Shown here: in pieces, positions 52,701-61,706 of the stretch | How positions within the stretch are numbered: the stretch's first letter is position 1 | Layout of the letters: each line of letters begins with the position of its first letter | Assembly (NCBI GenBank): GCA_963805305.1 | Contig: CAWDTM010000008.1 | Span: 450,885-514,884 of the forward strand | Direction: 5' to 3' | DNA: 64,000 bases | DNA from: an uncultured Chloroflexia bacterium | GTDB taxonomy: Bacteria; Chloroflexota; Limnocylindria; QHBO01 | Notes under the pieces: generated by a model | Databases searched by the model: none | Seen by the model: only the letters and a program-made list of their open reading frames with translations | What the model was told of the DNA's origin: nothing | Program-made: the position numbers and the translations under genes

Positions 52701-52942
52701 ATCGGCTCCAGGGCATGCGGCGCGACGCCGGCTACGACATCAGCGATCGCGTGGAGATCGCCGTCGCCGGCGACCCGGACCTCCTCGAAGCGCTTGGCGC
52801 CCATCGCGCCTGGCTCGCGGACGAGCTGCTGGCGACCTCGATCCAGATCGGACCCAACGCGCAGCTGGCCAACCCGGACCGCACCGAATCGGCCGAGGTC
52901 GGGGACGGGCGCCTCGACCTGTCCATCAGGCGCTCGGTGTAG
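49754..52942 (+). CDS. ileS: Isoleucine--tRNA ligase
   Basis: It has a HIGH-type motif (PMGVHHAWGRT), a KMSKS-type motif (MHKSKGN), a CP1 editing domain and zinc cysteines (CPRCGT, CWRCGT, CGDCEAW...CASCGG). The GTG start at 49754 lies 3 nt after AGGAGGA. The track ORF from 49478 includes the leader. Confidence 0.95.
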   Translation: MFRPVSPKLDVPALEREQQARWRERDTMARYLARNESAERRFSFLDGPITANNPMGVHHAWGRTYKDLYQRYHTMLGERQRYQNGFDAQGLWIEVEVERELGFNNKRQIEEFGIDRFVELCKARVDRFVGIQTQQSKRLGMWMDWDHSYITNSEENNYAIWAFLAECHRRGLVYKGHDVMPWCPRCGTGLSNMEIATEGYRELSHLSLTIRLPITTPGHEGEDLLVWTTTPWTLSSNVAAVVHPDLTYQLVEGRDGRRWWVSSGSRARVAGAAPVLQSVNGAQLVGLSYRGPFDDLPVQAGVEHRVIDWNEVSDEEGTGIVHIAPGCGQEDFALAKAFGLAVLDPIDQFGIFRDGYGWQTGRFAGATEDPAEDIAGDVAADLERRGLLVAKEHYRHSYPVCWRCGTQLVFRLVDEWFIRMDPLREPIAQVTRQIAWLPEGVGLEERELDWLRNMGDWMISKKRYYGLALPIWVCGDCEAWEVIGGRDELQARAVSGWEAFEGHSPHRPWVDGVEIACASCGGRARRISDVGNPWLDAGIVGFSTLRWTTDPDYWRAWFPADFITESFPGQFRNWFYALLTMSTVLADEPMTRTLFGYALMRDEHGEEMHKSKGNAIPFDEAADGIGTDVMRWMFMAQNPASNLNFGYGPGHEVVRRFFLPLWNTYAFLVTYARLDGWVPGPAGADSVREARSLMDRWVLSRLDGVVGEVRAALDAYDALRATRAIERFVEDLSNWYVRRNRRRFWKGELDDDKRAAYATLHAVLVGVTRLIAPIVPHLADAIWENLVHAVDPASADSVHLADFPSTETGRRDVVLEEAVERARAVAALGHSARAASGVRVRQPLAALRVRRAGGGAALSADPRTDVELTAHVLDELNVKSIDAIPDASTLVERTLRPLLPVLGPRRGSAVGGVMAAARAGDWSQLPDGRIEAGGLVLEPDEFELIARARPGHAVAEEGDLLVALDTTLTPELEAEGMAREIAHRLQGMRRDAGYDISDRVEIAVAGDPDLLEALGAHRAWLADELLATSIQIGPNAQLANPDRTESAEVGDGRLDLSIRRSV

Positions 52943-52954
52943 GCTCTCCTGCAC

Positions 52955-53542
52955 ATGAGCGAGACCCGACCGACCCGCGGCCGAACCGGCGAGATCGCGA
53001 CGCTCCTCGGTGTCGCCGGAGCGATTCTGCTCGCGGACCAGGCAAGCAAGGCCGTGGTCGCCGCAAGACTCGCCCTGGGCGAGCATGTGGACCTCCTCGG
53101 AACCGTGGTGCAGATCTGGCACGCGGAGAACAACGGGGCCGCGTTCAGCCTCTTCCAGGGCGGCCTGCCGCTCTTCCTCGCGGTCAGCGTCGTGGCCCTG
53201 GGCCTGGTCGCCTACTTCGCGTGGTCATTGCGGGACCGGAGCCTGCTGGTCTTCGCGCTGCTTGGCCTCCTGCTCGGGGGCACGCTGGGGAACCTCGTGG
53301 ACCGCCTCGCGCGCGGGGGACGCGTGATCGATTTCCTGTCGGTCGGCATCGGCACCCTTCGCTGGCCAACCTTCAACGTCGCGGACAGCTCCCTGGACAT
53401 CGGGATCGTGGGCCTGGTGGCCTTCCTGTGGTGGGTCGACCGACGCGAGGCTCGCTCGAGGAGGCACGCGGACGGCGGCGGAACGCTGCCGGCTCCCCAG
53501 GCCGGGCCGGGCGAGTCGAGCCGAGGCGGGGGAGCGGGGTGA
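52955..53542 (+). CDS. lspA: Lipoprotein signal peptidase (signal peptidase II)
   Basis: It has four TMs and the motifs NNGAAFS, GNLVDR and WPTFNVADS. Confidence 0.9.
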   Translation: MSETRPTRGRTGEIATLLGVAGAILLADQASKAVVAARLALGEHVDLLGTVVQIWHAENNGAAFSLFQGGLPLFLAVSVVALGLVAYFAWSLRDRSLLVFALLGLLLGGTLGNLVDRLARGGRVIDFLSVGIGTLRWPTFNVADSSLDIGIVGLVAFLWWVDRREARSRRHADGGGTLPAPQAGPGESSRGGGAG

Positions 53543-54525
53543 CGGACCGGGCGGTCTCCGCGCGAACGATGAGCGGTCCGGCCGTGCCGGGCCGCTTTGA
53601 TCTGTCCGTGGCGGCAGTGGCCGGGATCAGTCGCGCCCATGCCCAGCGACTCATCGGGGACGGTCGCGCGCTGGTCGACGGCGGTCGCGCCCGTTCCAGC
53701 GATCGGCTGCGGGGCGGAGAGCAGATCAGCGTTGAGCTGAGCGCGCCGCCCGACCCGACCCTGGTGCCCGAGGCGATCCCGCTCACCGTCGCGTACGAGG
53801 ACGACGCCATGCTCATCGTCGACAAGCCGGCGGGCATGGTCGTCCATCCCAGCGCCGGGCACGCCACCGGGACGCTGGTCCACGCCCTCCTGGGTCGTGC
53901 CCGCGCGCGCGGGCAGTCGCTCGGGTCGGTGGCGGGGGTAGCACGGCCGGGCATCGTCCATCGGCTCGACAAGGACACGTCGGGGCTCCTCATGGTGGCC
54001 AAGACGGACGCGGCGCAGGCCAGCCTCATGCGGCAGCTTGGTGACCGGTCGATCGAGAAGACGTACCTGGCCCTCGTCCGTGGGGAGCCGTCGGCGCATC
54101 GCGGACGCATCGAAGCGCCGGTCGGCCGCGACCCACGCGACCGCCAGCGGATGGCGGTCGTCGCTGCGGGGCGGGATGCCGTGACCGAGTACGAGATCCT
54201 TGCCACCGGGGCCGGCCTAACCCTCCTCGAGCTTCGGCCGCGGACCGGCCGCACCCACCAGATCCGCGCACATCTTGCCTACCTGCACCTCCCGATCGTC
54301 GGTGACCTCCGCTACGGAGGCGGCACCGGGCCGGGCGGCCTTGCGCGGCAGTTTCTGCACGCCGCGCGGCTCGTCCTGCAGCACCCTGACGACGGCCGGG
54401 TGCTCCGTGCGTGGAGCGAGCTGGCCCCGGACCTGCGCGACGCGCTCGACGCGGCCGGACTCCGGGCGACGGACCTGCCTGTCGGCGTGGGGTCGTCCAC
54501 CGACGGCGAGGCGGTGGTTCGGTGA
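53539..54525 (+). CDS. rluD: RluA-family 23S rRNA pseudouridine synthase (RluD-like)
   Basis: It has an S4 domain followed by the catalytic HRLDKDTSGLL, then KTYLALV and GRTHQIRAHL. The GTG at 53539 overlaps the lspA stop; the ATG at 53569 is an alternative start. Confidence 0.85.
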   Translation: MTDRAVSARTMSGPAVPGRFDLSVAAVAGISRAHAQRLIGDGRALVDGGRARSSDRLRGGEQISVELSAPPDPTLVPEAIPLTVAYEDDAMLIVDKPAGMVVHPSAGHATGTLVHALLGRARARGQSLGSVAGVARPGIVHRLDKDTSGLLMVAKTDAAQASLMRQLGDRSIEKTYLALVRGEPSAHRGRIEAPVGRDPRDRQRMAVVAAGRDAVTEYEILATGAGLTLLELRPRTGRTHQIRAHLAYLHLPIVGDLRYGGGTGPGGLARQFLHAARLVLQHPDDGRVLRAWSELAPDLRDALDAAGLRATDLPVGVGSSTDGEAVVR

Positions 54526-55157
54526 CGAGCGAGCTGCAGGAGCCGACCGAGAAGCGGATGACCTTCCCGAACCCGCTGCTGGTCGTGGTCTCGGGCCCGT
54601 CCGGCGTGGGCAAGAGCACCATCGTGGCCGAGCTGGCCCGGGACCATCCGCAGGTCGTGCCCATCGTCACGGCCACGACCCGGCCGCGCCGCTCCGGCGA
54701 GATCGACGACGTGCATTACCACTTCCTGGAGACCGCGGAGTTCGACGCGCTGCGGGGCGATGGTGGCCTCCTGGAGTCGGCAAACGTGCACGGCTACTGG
54801 TACGGCACCCCGGTCCAGCAGGTGCGCGGCATCCTGGCCGCCGGGCGTGACGCGATCCTGACCATCGATCCCCAGGGTGCGCGCTCGGTTCGCCAGCTCG
54901 TTCCCGATGCCCTGCTCATCTTCGTGATGCCGCCCTCGCTCGAGGACCTCGACGCGCGGCTGACCGCGCGAGGATCGGAGTCGGCCGAGTCGCTCGCCAT
55001 CCGGCGTCGCAACGCCCAGCGCGAGATGGCCTCCTCGGAGGACTACGACTACGTGATCGTGAACGAAACGGACCGTCCCGGGGAGGCCGCGGAGCGGATC
55101 TGGGAGATCATCCAGGCGGAGGCACGTCGTGAGCCGCCGCGCCGTCCCCAGGTCTGA
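54522..55157 (+). CDS. gmk: Guanylate kinase
   Basis: Motifs VVSGPSGVGKST, TTR.PR.GE..G..Y.F and YWYGT are present. The GTG at 54522 overlaps the rluD stop; the ATG at 54558 is an alternative start. Confidence 0.9.
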   Translation: MTSELQEPTEKRMTFPNPLLVVVSGPSGVGKSTIVAELARDHPQVVPIVTATTRPRRSGEIDDVHYHFLETAEFDALRGDGGLLESANVHGYWYGTPVQQVRGILAAGRDAILTIDPQGARSVRQLVPDALLIFVMPPSLEDLDARLTARGSESAESLAIRRRNAQREMASSEDYDYVIVNETDRPGEAAERIWEIIQAEARREPPRRPQV

Positions 55158-57531
55158 GGCTGGCGATCGGGTCGTCCGGGTAGCGGTCGACGCCATCGCC
55201 GATCGGCCCGAGCGTACGTTCAGCTACCGGCTGCCGGCGGAGATGGGTGCACCCCGGCCGGGATCGCTGCTGCTCGTGCCGTACGGCCGCCGCGAGGCAC
55301 TCGGCTATCTCGTCGAGGGACCGCTCGCCGCCGCAGCGGTCGATCCCGAGGACAAGGACCTTCGGGACGTGGCGGCCGTCGTCTCCGAGCCGATGCTCAC
55401 GCCGGACCTGCTCGAGGTCGCCCGCCGCATCGCTGAGTACTACCGGGCCCCGATCGGCACGACCATCGCGGCCATGCTGCCGCCTGGGCTGGAGTCGCGG
55501 TTGCGACGCCGCTGGCGCATCACGGACCCGTCGCCGCTGCCCCCGGGGGTCGCCGAGACCGCGGAGCGCGACGCGGACGGGCTTCTCGACGAGCGCGAGC
55601 TGTTGCGCTTCGGCCCTGTGCGCGGCGCATCCACCTGGCTGGATGGCCTGCGCCGCCGAGGCGCGCTCACCGCGGTCTGGTCGCTCGAGGCACCTGAGCT
55701 CCGCGCGCGCCGCATCCGCACCATTCGTCGGCTTCCCGTCGACGGAGATCCTCCGCGCCGCGCTCCCGTCCAGCGGACGATCCTCGACACGCTCGGCGAC
55801 GGTGTCGAGGACCTGCCCACCCTCGCCGCTCGAATGGGGGTGGCGCCGACCGCCCTCCTGGGGCCGGCGCGCCGCCTCGAAGCTCGTGGTCGCGTGGTGC
55901 TGGGCTGGCGCGATGCGCTGCGGGACCCGCTGGCTCATCGGGCCGCCGGTCCGCCCCTGCGCGAGGAGCTGGCCGGGGAGCAGCGCACGGCGCTCGCGGC
56001 GATCGAGGCGCTGCCGGCAGGGAGCGAGCTCCTGCTCGAGGGGGTGGCGGCATCGGGCAAGACGGAGGTCTACCTGGCGGCCATCGAGGCGACCCTCGCC
56101 GCCGGCCGGTCTGCCCTTGTCCTCGTCCCCGAGGTGGCGCTCATCCCCCAGCTCGGCGACCGGCTCACCGCGCTCGTCGGCGGCGAGCTGGTCGTGATGC
56201 ACTCGGGGCTCTCCGCGGGGGAGCGCCACGACTCATGGTGGCGCGTGCTGCGGGGCGAGGCGCGGGTCGTCCTGGGGACGCGCATGGCGGCCTTCGCGCC
56301 CCTGGTCGGCCTGGGGCTGATCGTGGTCGACGAGGAGCACGAGGGTGCATACAAGGCCGATAGGACGCCGCGCTACGACGCGCGCTGGGTCGTCCGCGAG
56401 CGGGCCAGGCTCAGCGACGCGCGGCTCGTCATGGGCAGCGCGACGCCAGACCTCGTGACCCTGGCAAGCGTCCGCGGCGGTCACGTGGAGCGGGCGAAGC
56501 TCGTGGAACGGCGCGTCGGCCGAGCACCGACCGTCGAGATCGTCGACATGCGCGCCGAGCTTGCGACGGGCAACCGCTCGGTCCTCTCCCATCCGTTGGC
56601 CGAGGCGATCACCGGCCTCGGCGAGGGCCGGGGACAGGGGATCCTGCTCATCAACCGCCGGGGGGCGGCCACCTTCGTCCTGTGCCGCGACTGCGGGGAG
56701 AGTCTGCGCTGCCCCGACTGCGACCTGCCGTACGTCTTCCACCTCTCGGGCGGCCAGCTGCGCTGCCACCACTGCGGCCGGAGCGCTCCGGTGCCGGAGC
56801 GCTGTCCGCAGTGCGGGTCGAGGCGCATCCGCTACTTCGGCGCGGGCACGCAGCGGGTCGAGGCGGAGCTCCGCGCTCGCTTCCCGCGCCTGCGCGTGGA
56901 ACGCCTGGACAGCGACGCCCTTGCCGAGCGTCGGGCCTTCGAGTCGGTGTACGACGACTTCCGCGAAGGCCGGACGGACGTCCTGGTCGGCACGCAGCTC
57001 GCGGCGAAGGGCCTGGACCTGCCCGACGTCGTGCTGGCTGCCGTGGTGGCGGCCGACGTCACCCTGAACCTCCCCGACTATCGGGCCGCCGAGCGCACGT
57101 TCCAGCTGCTTGCCCAGGTCGCCGGCAGGGCCGGGCGCGGCCCGCGGCCGGGACGGGTGATCTTCCAGACCTACGCGCCCGACCACTTCGCGATCCGTGC
57201 AGCCGCGAGCCTCGACGTGGACCGGTTCGCAGACGAGGAGCTGGGGCGCCGACGGATGCTGGGCTACCCACCATCGGGCCATCTCGCCCGGCTCCTCGTG
57301 GCAAATCCGGACCGGGCGCGGGCAGAGGGTCGCGGTCGCGCCGCCGCCGAGGCGGTCGCGGTGCGAGGCGTCGAGATCCTGGGCCCGTTGCCCGCCTACG
57401 TCCCGCGACGCGCAGGGCGCTGGCGGATGCAGGTGATCATCCGGGCCGGGGAGCTGGCCGCCCGCGCCGCGGCTCTCGAGCGCGTCCCGGCCGGGGTGGC
57501 GGTGGACGTCGATCCCGAGGCGCTGCTCTGA
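55129..57531 (+). CDS. priA: Primosomal protein N' (replication restart helicase PriA)
   Basis: It has the Walker A GVAASGKTEVY, DEEH and a Cys-rich zinc insertion (CRDCGESLRCPDCDLP...CHHCG...CPQCGS). The GTG start overlaps the gmk 3' end by 29 nt. Confidence 0.9.
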   Translation: MSRRAVPRSEAGDRVVRVAVDAIADRPERTFSYRLPAEMGAPRPGSLLLVPYGRREALGYLVEGPLAAAAVDPEDKDLRDVAAVVSEPMLTPDLLEVARRIAEYYRAPIGTTIAAMLPPGLESRLRRRWRITDPSPLPPGVAETAERDADGLLDERELLRFGPVRGASTWLDGLRRRGALTAVWSLEAPELRARRIRTIRRLPVDGDPPRRAPVQRTILDTLGDGVEDLPTLAARMGVAPTALLGPARRLEARGRVVLGWRDALRDPLAHRAAGPPLREELAGEQRTALAAIEALPAGSELLLEGVAASGKTEVYLAAIEATLAAGRSALVLVPEVALIPQLGDRLTALVGGELVVMHSGLSAGERHDSWWRVLRGEARVVLGTRMAAFAPLVGLGLIVVDEEHEGAYKADRTPRYDARWVVRERARLSDARLVMGSATPDLVTLASVRGGHVERAKLVERRVGRAPTVEIVDMRAELATGNRSVLSHPLAEAITGLGEGRGQGILLINRRGAATFVLCRDCGESLRCPDCDLPYVFHLSGGQLRCHHCGRSAPVPERCPQCGSRRIRYFGAGTQRVEAELRARFPRLRVERLDSDALAERRAFESVYDDFREGRTDVLVGTQLAAKGLDLPDVVLAAVVAADVTLNLPDYRAAERTFQLLAQVAGRAGRGPRPGRVIFQTYAPDHFAIRAAASLDVDRFADEELGRRRMLGYPPSGHLARLLVANPDRARAEGRGRAAAEAVAVRGVEILGPLPAYVPRRAGRWRMQVIIRAGELAARAAALERVPAGVAVDVDPEALL

Positions 57532-57539
57532 TCCATCGG

Positions 57540-57545
57540 TACAAT
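57540..57545 (+). promoter_or_regulatory. -10-like TACAAT, 6 nt upstream of the def ATG (possible leaderless internal promoter)
   Basis: The sequence reads ggTACAATgacgccATG, with no Shine-Dalgarno sequence between the hexamer and the ATG. Confidence 0.35.
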
Positions 57546-57551
57546 GACGCC

Positions 57552-58058
57552 ATGGTGATTCGCCGCATCCTCACCGCCGAGGAGCCCATCCTTCACGAGA
57601 AGACGAAGAAGGTGTCCACCTTCGACGCATCGCTGCACCGGCTCCTCGACGACATGCTCGAGACGATGCGCGATGCGCCGGGCATCGGGCTGGCGGCGAA
57701 CCAGGTCGGCGTGCCCCTGCGGGTCGCGGTCATCGAGCTCGAGGACCACATCACGGAGCTCGTGAACCCCCAGATCGTCAAGGCCTCGGGCGAGATCGTC
57801 GACTGGGAGGGCTGCCTCTCCATCCCGGGCTTCGTGGCCGAGGTCACGCGCGCGGCGAAGGTGACCGTCAAGGCGCAGGATCGCAACGGGAAGGCGTTCC
57901 GGGTCAAGGGCGAGGAGCTCTTCGCTCGAGCGCTGCAGCACGAGATCGACCACCTCAACGGCGTGCTGTACATCGATCACCTCGAGTCGCTCGAAGAGCT
58001 CGTCCGCGTCAGCGAGCACCCGAGCGAGGTGGAGGAAGGGCAGACCGCGGGCATCTAG
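57552..58058 (+). CDS. def: Peptide deformylase
   Basis: Motifs GIGLAANQVG, EGCLSIPG and QHEIDHLNG are present. I used the internal ATG at 57552 of the track ORF that starts inside priA. Confidence 0.95.
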   Translation: MVIRRILTAEEPILHEKTKKVSTFDASLHRLLDDMLETMRDAPGIGLAANQVGVPLRVAVIELEDHITELVNPQIVKASGEIVDWEGCLSIPGFVAEVTRAAKVTVKAQDRNGKAFRVKGEELFARALQHEIDHLNGVLYIDHLESLEELVRVSEHPSEVEEGQTAGI

Positions 58059-58999
58059 TGGCCACCATCGGCCGCATTGCCTTCCTCGGAACCGGATCAT
58101 TCGCCATCCCCCTGCTCGCCCGCCTGGCGGAGATCACGGACGACCTGCTCGTCATCTCGGCGCCCGACCGGCCCGCCGGGCGTCGCCTCCAGCCGCGACC
58201 CTCGCCGGTCGCCGCCCTTGCGCGTGAGCAGGGCATGACCCTGGTCACCCCGGCACGGCTTCGCTCCGACGAGGGCCGCGAGGCGCTGCGCGCGTTCGCC
58301 CCCGACGGGCTCCTGCTGGCCGCCTACGGCCAGCTCGTCCCCGCCAACATCCTGGCCATGGCCGAGCGCCTGCCGCTCAACGTGCACCCGTCACTGCTTC
58401 CACGGCACCGCGGAGCCGCGCCGGTCGCGGGCACGATCCTCGCCGGTGACACGGAGGCGGGGGTGACGCTCATGGTCATGACCCCGGAGCTCGATGCCGG
58501 CCCCATCGTCGCCCAATGGGGGGTGCCACTCGAGGGACGCGAGGAGGCGCCGGTCCTCGAGGCGCGCCTCGCCGAGCTCGCCGCCCGGGAGGTGCCGCCC
58601 CTGTTGGAGCGCTGGCGTGACGGCACGCTGGCGTCCGATCCGCAGGACGGGTCGATGGCCACGATGGTCCGCGCCTTCACCCGCGCCGACGGTTGGATCG
58701 ACTGGACGGCCGACGCGACCCACATCGACCGCCAGGTGCGAGCGCTGCAGCCATGGCCGGGAGCCTGGACGACCGTGGACGGGAGGCGCCTGCACGTCCG
58801 GCGCGCGAACCCGCTTCCCGGCGTCGCCGATCTGCCGCCGGGCGCCCTGCTGCCCGGTGACGCGCCGCGGGTCGCGTGCGGCTCCGGCGCGCTGGCGTTG
58901 CAGCTGGTGCAGCCGGAAGGCCGCGCGGGGATGCCCGCCGCGGACTGGCGACGCGGGCTCCAGCGCGACCACGTTCTGCTCGGTGCCGTCCGCCCCTGA
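58058..58999 (+). CDS. fmt: Methionyl-tRNA formyltransferase
   Basis: Motifs IAFLGTGSFAIP, LNVHPSLLPRHRGAAP and MVMTPELDAGPI are present. The GTG start shares one nucleotide with the def stop. Confidence 0.9.
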   Translation: MATIGRIAFLGTGSFAIPLLARLAEITDDLLVISAPDRPAGRRLQPRPSPVAALAREQGMTLVTPARLRSDEGREALRAFAPDGLLLAAYGQLVPANILAMAERLPLNVHPSLLPRHRGAAPVAGTILAGDTEAGVTLMVMTPELDAGPIVAQWGVPLEGREEAPVLEARLAELAAREVPPLLERWRDGTLASDPQDGSMATMVRAFTRADGWIDWTADATHIDRQVRALQPWPGAWTTVDGRRLHVRRANPLPGVADLPPGALLPGDAPRVACGSGALALQLVQPEGRAGMPAADWRRGLQRDHVLLGAVRP

Positions 59000-59090
59000 C
59001 CCGGCGGACGTGCCCTGGGCGCCTTCATCCAACCGCAAGGGAGTCCCGGTATACTCGCCCCACTTCCCTCCAGGAGGTGGAAGGACCGAC

Positions 59091-59846
59091 ATGTTCTTTG
59101 GCAGCTTCGGAATCTACATCCTGCTCGTCCTGCTCCCGAGCCTGGCGCTCACCGGATGGGCGGCGTTTCGCGTCCGGTCGACGTACGCCAAGTGGTCGAA
59201 GGTGGATTCGGGCATCGCGATGGACCCATTCGACTTCGCCCGCCGGCTGCTGGACCGCCAGGGTCTCACCGACGTTCGCATCGAGCCGACACCGGGCCAG
59301 CTCACCGACCACTACGACCCGCGGGGGAAGGTGCTGCGCGTCTCGCAGGCGGTGGCGGGCACGGCCCAGCTGGGCTCGTACGATCCGCGCCGCGCGGCGG
59401 TCGCCATGCCGGCGCGGGGCGCTCCGCGGCTCTCCGTGGCTTCCGCGGCGGTGATCGCGCACGAAGTGGGCCATGCGCTCCAGGATCGCGAGCGCGATCC
59501 GTGGATGACCGTGCGGATGGCCATCGTCCCCGCCGTGCAGTTCGGCTCCGGCGTGGCGCCCTGGCTCATCATCGGCGGGCTGTGGATGAATCTGCTCGGC
59601 CTGGCCTGGGTCGGTCTCATTGCCTTCGGGGCGGCCGTGGTCTTCACGTTCGTGACGCTGCCGGTCGAGATCGGCGCATCCGGTAAGGCGCTCGCGTTCG
59701 TCTCGAGCCTCGGCATGGTGGGGGAGCGCGAGACCGGTGCGCGCGACGTCCTCAAGGCGGCGGCCTGGACGTACGTGGCGGCGGCCCTCACGGCCCTCTT
59801 GACCTTCCTGTACTACCTCATGCTGATCATGGGGCGTCGTGACTGA
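59091..59846 (+). CDS. Membrane zinc metallopeptidase (YugP/Zn_peptidase_2-like)
   Basis: It has an N-terminal TM, DHYDP..K.LRVS, the HEVGHALQ zinc motif and C-terminal TMs. The ATG at 59091 follows AGGAGGTGGAAGG. Confidence 0.8.
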   Translation: MFFGSFGIYILLVLLPSLALTGWAAFRVRSTYAKWSKVDSGIAMDPFDFARRLLDRQGLTDVRIEPTPGQLTDHYDPRGKVLRVSQAVAGTAQLGSYDPRRAAVAMPARGAPRLSVASAAVIAHEVGHALQDRERDPWMTVRMAIVPAVQFGSGVAPWLIIGGLWMNLLGLAWVGLIAFGAAVVFTFVTLPVEIGASGKALAFVSSLGMVGERETGARDVLKAAAWTYVAAALTALLTFLYYLMLIMGRRD

Positions 59847-61002
59847 GCTGACCCTTGTCGGGCCGCGCCCGACGATCAGTGACGTCGCGCCGGAGCAGCT
59901 CGCCGCGTGGCTCGCCGCCCGCGGCGAGCCCGGATACCGGGTGCGGCAGGTGCTGACCGGGATCCATCGCCCCGATGTGGTCGGCTTCGAGGACCTGACG
60001 GACCTTCCGCTCGCCCTGCGCGAGGCGCTCGCGGGCGACTTCCGCTTCTCCGCGATCGGCGCCACCCATGTCATCGGGGCCGATGGCGGCCTGACCGCCA
60101 AGGCCGTTCACGAGCTGCACGACGGCCAGCGCGTGGAGTCGGTCCTCATGCGGACTCCCGCGCACGGCCGCAGCGCGGAGCGCACCACGATCTGCATCTC
60201 CAGCCAGGCGGGGTGCGCGGTCGGCTGCCCCTTCTGCGCGACGGGACAGGCCGGCTTCGGGCGTCAGCTCACCCCGAGCGAGATCGTCGACCAGGTGCTG
60301 CACTGGCACCGGGCGCCGTGGTTGGCGCTGGGTCGCGACTGGCGGCCCGTCGAGCACACGGGCCACTACAACATCGTGTTCATGGGGATGGGCGAGCCCC
60401 TTGCCAACGCGAACCGGGTCTTCGAGGCGGTCCGGCTGCTCAATGACCCAGGGCGGCTGGGGGTCGGGGCCCGGCACATCACCGTCTCCACCTCGGGCGT
60501 CATCCCCGGCATCGATCGCATGGTCGAGGAGCTCCCCCAGGTCAACCTCGCCATCAGCCTCCATGCGCCCACCGACGCGCTGCGCGACGAGCTCGTCCCG
60601 CTCAACCACAAGTGGAAGGTGGCCGAGCTGATCGGTGCCGGGCGTCGCTTCGCGGAGCGGACCGGGCGACGGGTCAGCCTCGAGTACGTGATGATCGACG
60701 GGCTCAACGACACGCCGGAGCTCGCGACGATCCTGGGCGAGGTTGCCGCCGGGTGGCTGAGCCACGTGAACCTCATCCCCCTCAACCCGACCCCCGGCTC
60801 GCCATGGAGCGGCTCGTCCCGCGCGCGGATCGACGCCTTCGCCGCGATCGTGCGCTCCCGCGGGGTCCCCCTCACCGTTCGCGACACCCGCGGGCGCGAG
60901 ATCGAGGCTGCCTGCGGGCAGCTGCATGCCCAGCTGGCGGGCCGGGAGCTGCCGCGGCCGGAGGTGGCCACCTTTGCCGGGGTGCCGGTGGCCGCCGAAT
61001 GA
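59839..61002 (+). CDS. rlmN: Dual-specificity RNA methyltransferase RlmN (radical SAM)
   Basis: Motifs GEPGYRVRQV, the radical-SAM cluster SSQAGCAVGCPFCATGQ, MGMGEPLAN and GREIEAACGQL are present. Confidence 0.9.
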   Translation: MTELTLVGPRPTISDVAPEQLAAWLAARGEPGYRVRQVLTGIHRPDVVGFEDLTDLPLALREALAGDFRFSAIGATHVIGADGGLTAKAVHELHDGQRVESVLMRTPAHGRSAERTTICISSQAGCAVGCPFCATGQAGFGRQLTPSEIVDQVLHWHRAPWLALGRDWRPVEHTGHYNIVFMGMGEPLANANRVFEAVRLLNDPGRLGVGARHITVSTSGVIPGIDRMVEELPQVNLAISLHAPTDALRDELVPLNHKWKVAELIGAGRRFAERTGRRVSLEYVMIDGLNDTPELATILGEVAAGWLSHVNLIPLNPTPGSPWSGSSRARIDAFAAIVRSRGVPLTVRDTRGREIEAACGQLHAQLAGRELPRPEVATFAGVPVAAE

Positions 61003-61706
61003 CGCGACCCCCGCAGATCAGCGCAAGCATCCTCAACGCCGACTTCGGCGCGCTCGGTGCCGAGGTGGAGCGCGCCTCGAACGGTGGGGTGGATTCGATC
61101 CACCTTGACGTGATGGACGGGCATTTCGTGCCGAACCTGACCATGGGGCCCGTGGTGGTCGAGGCGCTACGACCGCGGACGCCGCTTCCCTTCCACAGCC
61201 ACCTCATGATCAGCCAGCCGCTCCGTTTCGTCGAGGCCTTTGCCAACGCCGGGAGCGACCTCATCGTGTTCCACGTGGAGGCCGAGGACGAGCCGTCCGC
61301 GGTGATCGACCGCATCCATCGGACCGGCCGGGGGGCCGGTCTGGCCCTCAACCCGGAGACGCCCGCGGAGGCGGCTCATCCCTATCTCGAGGAGATCGAC
61401 CTGCTGCTCGTCATGACCGTTCATCCCGGATTCGGCGGACAGGCGTTCATCGCCGACGTCCTGCCCAAGCTCACCGCACTCCGTGCCGAGGCGGAGCGAC
61501 GATCCCTGGACCTGCCCCTCGGCGTCGACGGCGGCGTCAACGAGGACTCGATTGGTGCCGCGTACCACGCCGGTGGGGACCAGCTGGTCGTTGGGTCGGG
61601 CCTGTACCGTCACGACGGCGACCTGCACGGCGTGATCGACGAGCTGCGCGCGATGGCCCTGCGCGGCTCGGGCCGGCCGTCCGTCGCCGGGGAGGCATCG
61701 GCATGA
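60999..61706 (+). CDS. rpe: Ribulose-phosphate 3-epimerase
   Basis: Motifs ISASILNADF, IHLDVMDGHFVPNLT, MTVHPGFGGQ and VDGG are present. Its start overlaps the rlmN stop (ATGA). Confidence 0.95.
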   Translation: MTRPPQISASILNADFGALGAEVERASNGGVDSIHLDVMDGHFVPNLTMGPVVVEALRPRTPLPFHSHLMISQPLRFVEAFANAGSDLIVFHVEAEDEPSAVIDRIHRTGRGAGLALNPETPAEAAHPYLEEIDLLLVMTVHPGFGGQAFIADVLPKLTALRAEAERRSLDLPLGVDGGVNEDSIGAAYHAGGDQLVVGSGLYRHDGDLHGVIDELRAMALRGSGRPSVAGEASA

